Of a stretch of 64,000 nt of DNA, positions 10,422 to 18,517 are shown piece by piece; positions within the stretch are counted from its first letter, which is position 1; each line of letters begins with the position of its first letter. The position numbers and the translations under genes are program-made. Origin of the DNA: Candidatus Latescibacterota bacterium (lineage in GTDB: Bacteria > Latescibacterota > UBA2968 > UBA8231); assembly GCA_965203175.1 (NCBI GenBank), contig OZ241867.1, positions 6,080,001 through 6,144,000 of the forward strand. The letters run 5' to 3'. The notes under the pieces are model-generated. The model had not been told where the DNA came from, did not search any database, and saw nothing but the letters and a program-made list of their open reading frames with translations.

Positions 10422-13400
10422 TTAGTAGGCCACCGCAATCACCCGCTGGGCGACTTGGTGCGAAGCTCCTTGTGCATCTACATCCACCTCAATTCGGCAT
10501 AGATAGAGCCCGGGAGGCACCGGTACTCCCTGCGCATCGCGCCCGTCCCATTGCACCACTTGCTCGCCGAAGCTACGGCGCTTCTCTTGCCAAATTGGCC
10601 GGCCGCTCAAGTCAAATATCTGCACCTGTAGCGCCCGTTCGGTATTGAGGTTGCCAATGGCGAAGCGAACTGCGGTCTGGTCGTTGATCCCATCGGCGTT
10701 AGGCGTGAAGGGATTGGGAGCAATGGTTACCTCTTGAATTACCCGCGAAGAGAACGGCACCGAGATACTCAGCGAAGCACTCGGCGTCTCCGCGGTAGCA
10801 TCGCCAGGATCCACCTGCTGCCATGACTCTGGGTGCGCGGAGTCGCGGATAGACACATCGACAGTACTGCCGTTGAGCAAGACTCGCGCCTTAAAGCGCA
10901 CCTGTACCATCTCCCCTGCTGCCACAACTGCGCCGCGCTCGGCGCGAGGCAGGGCATTGTAGGCGCTTTCACTTAGCGGCTCGCCGTCTTGGTTAAACGG
11001 GAACTGTCCCCCTTTGCCTAGGAGCCGACGAAAGTAGCGGACTGACCCCTTGAGCGAATCCTCCAGTGCCCGAAAATCCGTCTCGGAAACCTCTCTCTCG
11101 ATGACTTTCCCCTCGTCGTCTTGGTCAGTGATCGCGAAGTAAACGATGCGGCCTTTCTCTTCAAAGGGCAGGCCTAAGTAGGTCAACTCGTTGAGGAGAC
11201 GCCCGTCTGCATCTACGGGTACTTCGTCGTCCTCTGCGACGATTGCGCGATAGTATGTCCTAGAACCCGGCTGCTGAGGCTGCAAGGCGACCTTCTCCGG
11301 TAGCCGCAAAAGCACCTGAGCCTCCCCTGGGAAGAACGCTTTGACAGTATCGCCGTCAGCGTTCAGGAACGCTTGGTAACGACGCCCATCCGGCTCGACA
11401 AACCAAGGCGTGTGCTCCCCGTTTGTTGGATCTTGACGCGAGCCAAGCTCGGCGAAGCGGTGCGCTTGTTCATCACCCAAACCTACCTCGATAATTTCGA
11501 GCGCGGGGATTGGATCGGCATTGAGCAGAATCTCGTCAAAGCGGCGGCTCGGCGGCCCCCCAGGCTGGTCTTCGACAAAAGAAGGATTGATAAAGAGTGA
11601 GAAGTCGTGCTCCTCGCCGAACGGCACCTCGCTGGGCCAGATCTCGGCCAGCGTGCGACTAGCCACTGGCGGCGTGAACTGTACCCGCACCGTGTGTAGC
11701 GAAGCGACCACCTCGGGGTCGGTAGACAGCAGCCGGGCCTGTATTTGCATATAGCGTCTGGGACTAGGCGAGGTGACCAACGCACCTGGGTTCGCGTAGC
11801 GTTGACTCCAGCTACTCCAACCGCCGCCGGGCTTGACGCGGGAGACGACCGGCCCCTGAAATCCCTTGGGTAGCTTATTGTATTCAGCTTCGGTCTTAGG
11901 CTCGCCGCCGCTGCCGTAGTATTCGGTCACCTCGATCAACCGATCGCCGGTGCGCGTGCGGATCTCCACCTGCGCTATATCGGGATCGGGGATATCGGCT
12001 TCCCATTCAATGCGGCCTAGTAGGACCGCGCCTGGCAACTCGATCATCGGTGAAGTCAGAGTGACCTCTGACGGGGCTCCTTGGCCGAAGAGTTGAAATT
12101 CTCGGATCCGGTCGCCGGTATTGTAGCCTCCAGCCCGACCCGCATAGTCGGAGAATATCTGCGAGGTCAAATAGCGTACTTGGAGCAATTCGTCAAAGCC
12201 CTGCTCGACCGTACCGCCCTGCTGGCGGTGGATCTCTTCCCACTTGAGATTGCCGTTGGAGTCTCGCGTGCCATTCGAAGCGCGCAGTACCATCTCATCG
12301 ACGCCGCTGATGCCGCCGACCATGCGGAAGTAGCTCAGCCAGAATCTGGCCCCTAGGTCTAAGGTCAGCACGCCGCGGTTGTCAAAGCGCGGATCTGGCG
12401 ACCAGACTAGCTGTAAGTAGTTAGTCTCGTAGCGCCCGTCAAAGCCGGGTGTGCCGGCGAAGATGCCGGTCAGGTCAACACTCCCGCCACCGTCGACGAT
12501 CCCCAGCGCGATGTTGTCGCCTTGATTCCAAATCTCGATGTCGGCCAGCCGAGGCCGCTCGCGCTGGTAGTAGACCAGCCGACCTTGGCGCTGGGGGTCA
12601 ACTTGGGAGAAGATATCCTCGTCCACTTTGGTCTCGCTGCCGGCTGCATTGACAATGTGGTAATCGATCCCGCCTTGGTCTCCTGCCGGCAGGGCCATAA
12701 ACTCCGCCTCTGAGACCGTGCGAAACTTGTCGAACCGGCTGTCGGTGATGGCGATCCGCACAATGTGCAACTGCCGGAAGATGCCTTCGTCATCTGGGTC
12801 TAGATCGAACTCCAACACCGTCTGGTCTTCGTTGGGGACGATCGTGCGCTCAATGAGCGAGAGTGCCGCGTCGCGCTGGTCAGAAGCTGTACCGAGGATG
12901 CGGACTTGGCGGAACGGCTCGCCCACCTCTGGATCGACAAAGCGCAGCACAATTCGCGAGACTGCGACCAGTCGCCCTAGATCAATATCTATGTACCAAT
13001 TCTCAAACGAGCGGCTGTGGTATTCGATCCGCCTGTCTCTACTACTGGTCACCTCATAGGTTGCGCGATCCACCCGCCGCTCGCCAACCTCGTCCCGGGC
13101 AAAGTAATAGATCGGCCCACGTTGGTCTTCGGGGAGCGCTCCGTAGGTCGTGCGATCCACCGCGCTGCTGGGCTCCCAATAGGTCAACGGATCCCCATCG
13201 AGGATGGAGACTGCGGACTCGGGATTGTTGGGCGTGTACTTGATGCCCCCGTGATAGTAGTACCAGATGACGGGATCGCCCACCTCGATATTCTTCTTTT
13301 TGTTGGCTTTCAAATACACGATGGGTACGCCGGCTACGGTCGCTGGCGCGGTGCGGATGTTGAACGGCGTGGGGAGATCTGCACGGCCGAGGTCCTTGAG

Positions 13401-13694
13401 CAGTTTTTCGTAGGCCTTCTGATCGCCGATGAGGGTCTGAAATTGGTCCATTCCCTCCACGGCATTGGTCTCGATGCGGATAGTGCGCGGGCGCACCGCG
13501 TGCGTGTGTGGGTCAATCTCTATTGCGTGTTTGGGCCGAGTCCACGCTTCCCAGTGCTCGGCTTGGTCAACGGAAACTCCGCTGGCCGAGAGGCTAAAAC
13601 CTGCTTGGGCGGCGGTCTGCGCGTGGGCCAACGCGACAGAACTGAGCAAGTACAGACCGCACGCGAATAACTGGAACCTCCTAGCGCTCAACAT
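10422..13694 (-). CDS. Large exported protein with discoidin-like modules and C-terminal FlgD-Ig/CHU_C-like domain (paralog 1)
   Basis: Signal peptide (AHA-Q); IDLG and LDLG modules; RTRTG...WSSWS...SPSPRRY; EIWP; PNPFTPNADGIND...WDGRD...PGLY...VAY. Confidence 0.75.
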   Translation of the reverse strand: MLSARRFQLFACGLYLLSSVALAHAQTAAQAGFSLSASGVSVDQAEHWEAWTRPKHAIEIDPHTHAVRPRTIRIETNAVEGMDQFQTLIGDQKAYEKLLKDLGRADLPTPFNIRTAPATVAGVPIVYLKANKKKNIEVGDPVIWYYYHGGIKYTPNNPESAVSILDGDPLTYWEPSSAVDRTTYGALPEDQRGPIYYFARDEVGERRVDRATYEVTSSRDRRIEYHSRSFENWYIDIDLGRLVAVSRIVLRFVDPEVGEPFRQVRILGTASDQRDAALSLIERTIVPNEDQTVLEFDLDPDDEGIFRQLHIVRIAITDSRFDKFRTVSEAEFMALPAGDQGGIDYHIVNAAGSETKVDEDIFSQVDPQRQGRLVYYQRERPRLADIEIWNQGDNIALGIVDGGGSVDLTGIFAGTPGFDGRYETNYLQLVWSPDPRFDNRGVLTLDLGARFWLSYFRMVGGISGVDEMVLRASNGTRDSNGNLKWEEIHRQQGGTVEQGFDELLQVRYLTSQIFSDYAGRAGGYNTGDRIREFQLFGQGAPSEVTLTSPMIELPGAVLLGRIEWEADIPDPDIAQVEIRTRTGDRLIEVTEYYGSGGEPKTEAEYNKLPKGFQGPVVSRVKPGGGWSSWSQRYANPGALVTSPSPRRYMQIQARLLSTDPEVVASLHTVRVQFTPPVASRTLAEIWPSEVPFGEEHDFSLFINPSFVEDQPGGPPSRRFDEILLNADPIPALEIIEVGLGDEQAHRFAELGSRQDPTNGEHTPWFVEPDGRRYQAFLNADGDTVKAFFPGEAQVLLRLPEKVALQPQQPGSRTYYRAIVAEDDEVPVDADGRLLNELTYLGLPFEEKGRIVYFAITDQDDEGKVIEREVSETDFRALEDSLKGSVRYFRRLLGKGGQFPFNQDGEPLSESAYNALPRAERGAVVAAGEMVQVRFKARVLLNGSTVDVSIRDSAHPESWQQVDPGDATAETPSASLSISVPFSSRVIQEVTIAPNPFTPNADGINDQTAVRFAIGNLNTERALQVQIFDLSGRPIWQEKRRSFGEQVVQWDGRDAQGVPVPPGLYLCRIEVDVDAQGASHQVAQRVIAVAY

Positions 13695-13750
13695 GGTCGA
13701 CTCCCCTCTGATAGAACCGAATACGTAGAGTCTAGATTTTAATCATTGAA

Positions 13751-15490
13751 TCAGGGGTTTTCAATCTGTTTTTGCGGCGGTTGAGTCAAGCTGGCCAAAA
13801 GTGCGTCCGGTAACGCCGCGTCCAGTCGGTCGGCAAACGCGGTCACCTGAGTGCGGTACTTGGCGCGCAACTGATCCATTAGTTCGTCGAAGCGCTCTCG
13901 TTCTTGGCGCTGGACGAGCGAAGCCCGCGCCCGCCGCAATGCCTTGTCCTCGGGTTCCGGCTGTGGCTCTTGGTGCCGCATTACCTTAAAGAAAACATAT
14001 CCATCCCGGGTCTCCACCGGGCCGCGCAACGCACCCAACGGTGCCTCTTGCAGCGCTGGCCAGAGACGAGGATAGACGACCTCGTTGAGGCTGATCATGC
14101 AGACCAAGCCATCCGGCTGCCGCGGCCGCACATTAAAGCCGCGCTGCCGGGCGACCTGCAAAAGATCGGTCGCCTCGTCCAATTCTCCTGCGAGTTGTGC
14201 GGCTTCCTCCTCGGTGGGGACAATGAGTTCCTCGTAGCAGATTCGCTCCGGCAGCAGAAACTGCTCGGGGTGCTCGTCGATATAGCGGCGGGCCGCCTCG
14301 TCCTCCACCGCGACCTTATCTCTGACCTCGATCTGGCGCAAGCGGGTCAACAAAAGCTCCTCTTTAGCATCTTCCACCCAATCGACGACGGCGGGCTCGT
14401 CCGGGATGCCTGCCTGGCTTGCCGCGTGAGCCAGCATGATCTCGGGCAGGATAAAGCGGCGAGCAATCGCAGTGATAAACGCACTGTCTGCTAGCGCTTT
14501 TCGCGAGTGTATCCGGTGCAGCTTTAGCGTGTGGAGATACTCGTTTACGCTCACTTGACCTCCTTTGTAGCTAAAGAGCGCTGCACTGCGGTCGGCCGCA
14601 CTCAAGTGCTGCACCTGTTGCGCCGGATGCTCCGCCAGCACCGCGAGGACTTGGCGACCTGCCGCGTCCATTGACCAGTCCAGTTCGTAGGCCAACATTT
14701 CCACCTTGCGGTCCTCGACTTCCCTTTGGCCTAGCTTCATTAACTGTGCTTGCAACGCGGCTTGATGGGTTGCCAATTCGGCCTGCCGCTCGCCGATGAA
14801 GCGAATGAGTTGATAAGCCCGACCGCGAGCTAGCGGGGGAGAAACTTCTTCCGTCGCGAGGGTATCGAAAACCGCGACTGGTATCCCCATCCGCTCGGCC
14901 AACGAACGATTGAGAAAACCTACCTCACCCGCGCGTTCAGCCGATTGGCTGTCCAGCGAATGCGCCCGGGCCAAATTGGCCCAAGACTCCCCGGCCGCCA
15001 GTCGCTTCTGCAGTTCACCTGCCTCTTGCTGGCTAGCAACCACGATTGCAGTCAAAAATCGCTCGCGTGCTAGGCCGAGTTCCTCAAAGCGCTGGCGAAT
15101 ATCCTCCTCTGTTACTTCTACTAGCGGCATGATCTCGCGCTGGCGCAGAGCCGAGACGATGTATTTCCGCTGCTTACTACTCAGTTTCTCCACTAGTTGG
15201 GAGTCCTGCTCCAAACCTCGATTGCGAGCCTCAAGTAGCAGTAATTCTTGGTCAATCAAGCTCTGCAGATAATCCTCTCGCGCCTCCTGGCCCTGCTTGT
15301 GGGTATAGAGTCCCGGCAGCAAGTTGAGCACGAATCGCCGTAGCTCCTCGGCGTGGATCGCTTTCTGCCCTACCACCGCGACGATTTCTTCCTCTTTCTG
15401 CTTGCCGCAGGCCCCTAGAACTACCAGTAAGCCTAAGAGCAGACTCCCCGCTCGCAACGCCGCATGCTGTTTACCCCAACTCATCTTCAT
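13751..15490 (-). CDS. SurA/PrsA-like lipoprotein peptidyl-prolyl isomerase (two parvulin-like domains)
   Basis: Lipobox LGAC; LAAGESWANLARAHSLD..SAERAGEVG; second domain ending GPVETRDGYVFFKV. Confidence 0.78.
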   Translation of the reverse strand: MKMSWGKQHAALRAGSLLLGLLVVLGACGKQKEEEIVAVVGQKAIHAEELRRFVLNLLPGLYTHKQGQEAREDYLQSLIDQELLLLEARNRGLEQDSQLVEKLSSKQRKYIVSALRQREIMPLVEVTEEDIRQRFEELGLARERFLTAIVVASQQEAGELQKRLAAGESWANLARAHSLDSQSAERAGEVGFLNRSLAERMGIPVAVFDTLATEEVSPPLARGRAYQLIRFIGERQAELATHQAALQAQLMKLGQREVEDRKVEMLAYELDWSMDAAGRQVLAVLAEHPAQQVQHLSAADRSAALFSYKGGQVSVNEYLHTLKLHRIHSRKALADSAFITAIARRFILPEIMLAHAASQAGIPDEPAVVDWVEDAKEELLLTRLRQIEVRDKVAVEDEAARRYIDEHPEQFLLPERICYEELIVPTEEEAAQLAGELDEATDLLQVARQRGFNVRPRQPDGLVCMISLNEVVYPRLWPALQEAPLGALRGPVETRDGYVFFKVMRHQEPQPEPEDKALRRARASLVQRQERERFDELMDQLRAKYRTQVTAFADRLDAALPDALLASLTQPPQKQIENP

Positions 15491-15573
15491 GCCTATAATT
15501 CCTTGTTGAATCGGTTTCTATTTCAACCGCGAGTATATATAGTCGAAACAGCCCAAATCCTCAAGACGCGTCC

Positions 15574-17361
15574 ATGCCTGCTATCTATACACTTAAATGC
15601 TGGTTTCTGCTCGTCTTGGCGGGAGTCCTGTGCTACCTCAACGCTTTGGGCAACGGCTTTGTCTTCGACGACTCGGCCTACCTGAGTAGCCCACTAGTCC
15701 ATCAATTTCGCCCGCTGGATGCCTTCCTTCAGAGCAGTATTCACCCCGATCTCTATCGGCCCTTAACCCTGCTCTCGCTAGCCTGTGACTTCCGCTGCTA
15801 CGGCGACCAGCCGCTAGGCTACCACCTGAGTAGCCTCCTCCTCCACCTTCTCAACGCCCTATTGGTCTTTCAGCTAAGTTACCACATCCTCGCACGGCAG
15901 TCTGCCGCGCTCTTGGCCTCCTTGTTTTACACCCTCCACCCGCTGCAGACCGAGGTGGTTTCTTGGATATCCTCCCGCGGCGATTTGCTAATGAGCTTTT
16001 TCTTTTTGGCGGGCCTACTTTGCCATCTGCGCATACAGACGCGCCGCGGACGAATATTGGCGTGGTTCCTGTACGGTTGCAGCATCTTGTCCAAGGAGAG
16101 CGGCTTTGTCCTGCCTGCCGTCGCCTATTGCTACGACGCGCTATTTGCCGCGCCAGCCCGCCCACTCCGACACTTGTTCAACTTCACCCGCGCATGGCTC
16201 GTGCGCCACTGGGGATATGCTCTAGTCCTAGTCTTGGCCCTAGCCTTGCGCTGGAACGCGGCAGAAGCGGCAGAACCGATCTCTGCCAACTTCCTCGCCG
16301 ACGCCGATGCGGTTTCTCGGCTGCTGACGCTTCCAGCGATCTTGCTGCGCTACCTAGTACTGATCGTCTTTCCCCTTCACCTCTCAGCAGACTACTCCTA
16401 CGCCTCCATCTCCTTGGTACAGACGCCGCTCGACCCCAACTTCATCGCCGGCCTTCTCGCCGCTAGTGCGCTCCTCTACCTGCCCTTGCGCACTTCCTCG
16501 CCTCCATTGGTCTTCGCCGCGGCCTTCGGCTGGCTCGCCTTCCTGCCCGCTTCCAACCTCTTAGTCTTGGCACCCAGCGGTATGGCCGAGCGCTACCTAC
16601 ATCCAGTCATGCCCGCGCTGGCGCTCTTCTTAGGACTAGCCGCTAAGACTTGGTTTACAAAGCGCTATCGCATCGCTGGTAGTGCCCTAGTCGCCGTCGT
16701 CTTCCTACTCATGGCCGTCCGCACCATTGACCGCAATCGCGACTGGGCCAGCGACTACGCGCTGTTTTCCGCTGTCGTCGCCCTCTACCCCGACAACGTT
16801 AGAGCCCGCGAAAATTTGGCCCATGCGCACTACCAACAGGGCGATGTCAAAGAAGCGATTGAGCACTACAAGCAAGCCATTGCCATCAACCCACACCGAG
16901 TCCGCCCTTACTACAACCTAGGGCTGCTCTACAATGCGGAAGGCCAATATCGCGCGGCCATCCGGGTCTTCAAAGCCGCGCTGGAACTCAATACCGAGCA
17001 CGCTGGCGTGCATTACAACACTGGACTTGCCTACCAGAAAATGGGCCGCCATGCCGCCGCGATTCCCCACTACGAAAAAACGCTGCACCAATCACCCGAT
17101 CACGCACGCGCCGTCTTTAACCTCGGTCGAGCCTACCAGCACCTCGGTCAGCACTCCCAAGCTATCGCGGCCTACAAGACTGCGCTCACCTTGGACCCAA
17201 GTAGGACCAATGCCTATTATCACTTGGGCGAACTCTATCGCACGACAGGCGATTTTTGCAACATGACCACTGCTTGGCAGACTCTGTTGCGCTTGGTCCC
17301 TCATCACCCCAAGGCCGAGCAAATCCGCCCCCTGTTCCAGCCCTGCGAAAAAAATCCGTAG
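15574..17361 (+). CDS. TMTC-like GT-C membrane glycosyltransferase with C-terminal TPRs (second copy)
   Basis: FVFDD, YRPL, HPLQTEVV, SKE, FPLHLSADYS, AERYLHP, RNRDW, then TPRs. Confidence 0.8.
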   Translation: MPAIYTLKCWFLLVLAGVLCYLNALGNGFVFDDSAYLSSPLVHQFRPLDAFLQSSIHPDLYRPLTLLSLACDFRCYGDQPLGYHLSSLLLHLLNALLVFQLSYHILARQSAALLASLFYTLHPLQTEVVSWISSRGDLLMSFFFLAGLLCHLRIQTRRGRILAWFLYGCSILSKESGFVLPAVAYCYDALFAAPARPLRHLFNFTRAWLVRHWGYALVLVLALALRWNAAEAAEPISANFLADADAVSRLLTLPAILLRYLVLIVFPLHLSADYSYASISLVQTPLDPNFIAGLLAASALLYLPLRTSSPPLVFAAAFGWLAFLPASNLLVLAPSGMAERYLHPVMPALALFLGLAAKTWFTKRYRIAGSALVAVVFLLMAVRTIDRNRDWASDYALFSAVVALYPDNVRARENLAHAHYQQGDVKEAIEHYKQAIAINPHRVRPYYNLGLLYNAEGQYRAAIRVFKAALELNTEHAGVHYNTGLAYQKMGRHAAAIPHYEKTLHQSPDHARAVFNLGRAYQHLGQHSQAIAAYKTALTLDPSRTNAYYHLGELYRTTGDFCNMTTAWQTLLRLVPHHPKAEQIRPLFQPCEKNP

Positions 17362-17376
17362 TTCAGCAATAAATTT

Positions 17377-17410
17377 TATAGTTGAACTATATATATGTAT
17401 TGTGTACAAT
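17377..17410. promoter_or_regulatory. AT-rich promoter region with two palindromes (putative operators)
   Basis: TATAGTT-G-AACTATA (17377-17391) and ATTGT-GT-ACAAT (17399-17410), upstream of an AGGAGG RBS and ATG 17496. Confidence 0.4.
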
Positions 17411-17495
17411 TTAAACGCTGTAAGCAGTTAGTTAGACTTTTGGCTCGCCTAAAGCTAGTCATCTTTACCCGCGCTCGACCTATAGGAGGTGCAAC

Positions 17496-18398
17496 ATGCG
17501 CAATGTATTGACTTTCGTCGCCGCCCTGCTGGTAGTGGGGCTGGCCACGCCAACCTGGAGCCATTTTCCTCCGGGAGAGTTCCTCTTTGCCGTGCAGTTT
17601 CCCGACGAGAATTTGCCTAACGTCGATGGCGACATCTCGGAGTGGAGCGTCATTCCGCAGGTGCCCTACGAAGTGGGCAACGACATGTATTCGGACGCCG
17701 TTTACTCCAAAGTGCGCGGCGAGATTGACGTCAGCGATCTGAGCGTCCGCCAGATCGTCGGCTGGAACGACAACAACGACCGTCTTTACTTGATGGCCGA
17801 GGTTTTCGACAACGTCCACAACACGGACCGCGAGGATCCGGCCCAGTTTTGGACCGACGATGCCTGGGAGATCTACATTGCCCCGACGCACCCCGAGGCC
17901 GAAGGGGGCGGTGACTATGCCCCTGGTAGTGAGGGTGGCATCGTCAAGCAGTCCTTCAACTTCGGCATTCCGCCCATCGGCGGTAGCTGGGGTCAGTTCC
18001 TGCCCGATTTCGAGTGGCGCACGGATCCGTTCAACGGCGATAACTGGGTCATGGAGTATTCCTTTGAAGGCGAGGAATTCGGCGAGAGCACCTACTTCTA
18101 CGAGATGTGGATTCAGCCTTACGACTTCATTCCCGACGACGGCGATCGCGAAGGGGCCGAACTGACCGACCTCTCCGACGGCGACGTCATCGCCATGAGT
18201 TGGACCTTCGGCGATTTCGACGAGCCGGGCACCACGTATCAGGGATTCTGGTCCACTTCGCCCAACGGATGCTGCCGCGCCGACAACGACATGGTCATGA
18301 GCGAGCTAGACGACTCCATCGACTGGGGTGCCGCTCCCGCTTCCACCTCAGTTGAGTCCGATACTTGGGGCCGCATTAAAGCCCAGTTCCAGCAGTAA
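17496..18398 (+). CDS. Acidic exported CBM9/DOMON-like protein with C-terminal TWGxIK tail
   Basis: Signal peptide; VDGDISEW, GWN...RLY..AEVFD, DDAWEIYI, FGDFD; ends SVESDTWGRIKAQFQQ; strong RBS. Confidence 0.65.
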   Translation: MRNVLTFVAALLVVGLATPTWSHFPPGEFLFAVQFPDENLPNVDGDISEWSVIPQVPYEVGNDMYSDAVYSKVRGEIDVSDLSVRQIVGWNDNNDRLYLMAEVFDNVHNTDREDPAQFWTDDAWEIYIAPTHPEAEGGGDYAPGSEGGIVKQSFNFGIPPIGGSWGQFLPDFEWRTDPFNGDNWVMEYSFEGEEFGESTYFYEMWIQPYDFIPDDGDREGAELTDLSDGDVIAMSWTFGDFDEPGTTYQGFWSTSPNGCCRADNDMVMSELDDSIDWGAAPASTSVESDTWGRIKAQFQQ

Positions 18399-18422
18399 GA
18401 CGAGTGCGCAGCATCGTTTTTT

Positions 18423-18465
18423 AAGGGCGGTGGGCTACCCAGCCCATCGCCCTTTTTTTCTTTTT
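18423..18465 (+). terminator. Rho-independent terminator
   Basis: AAGGGCGGTGGGCT-ACCC-AGCCCATCGCCCTT stem (one G-U pair) followed by a T tract. Confidence 0.85.
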
Positions 18466-18517
18466 CACTCAAGGGCGCTCCTCCGACACGCGCCACCCTG
18501 CATGAGGAAATCCGGCC

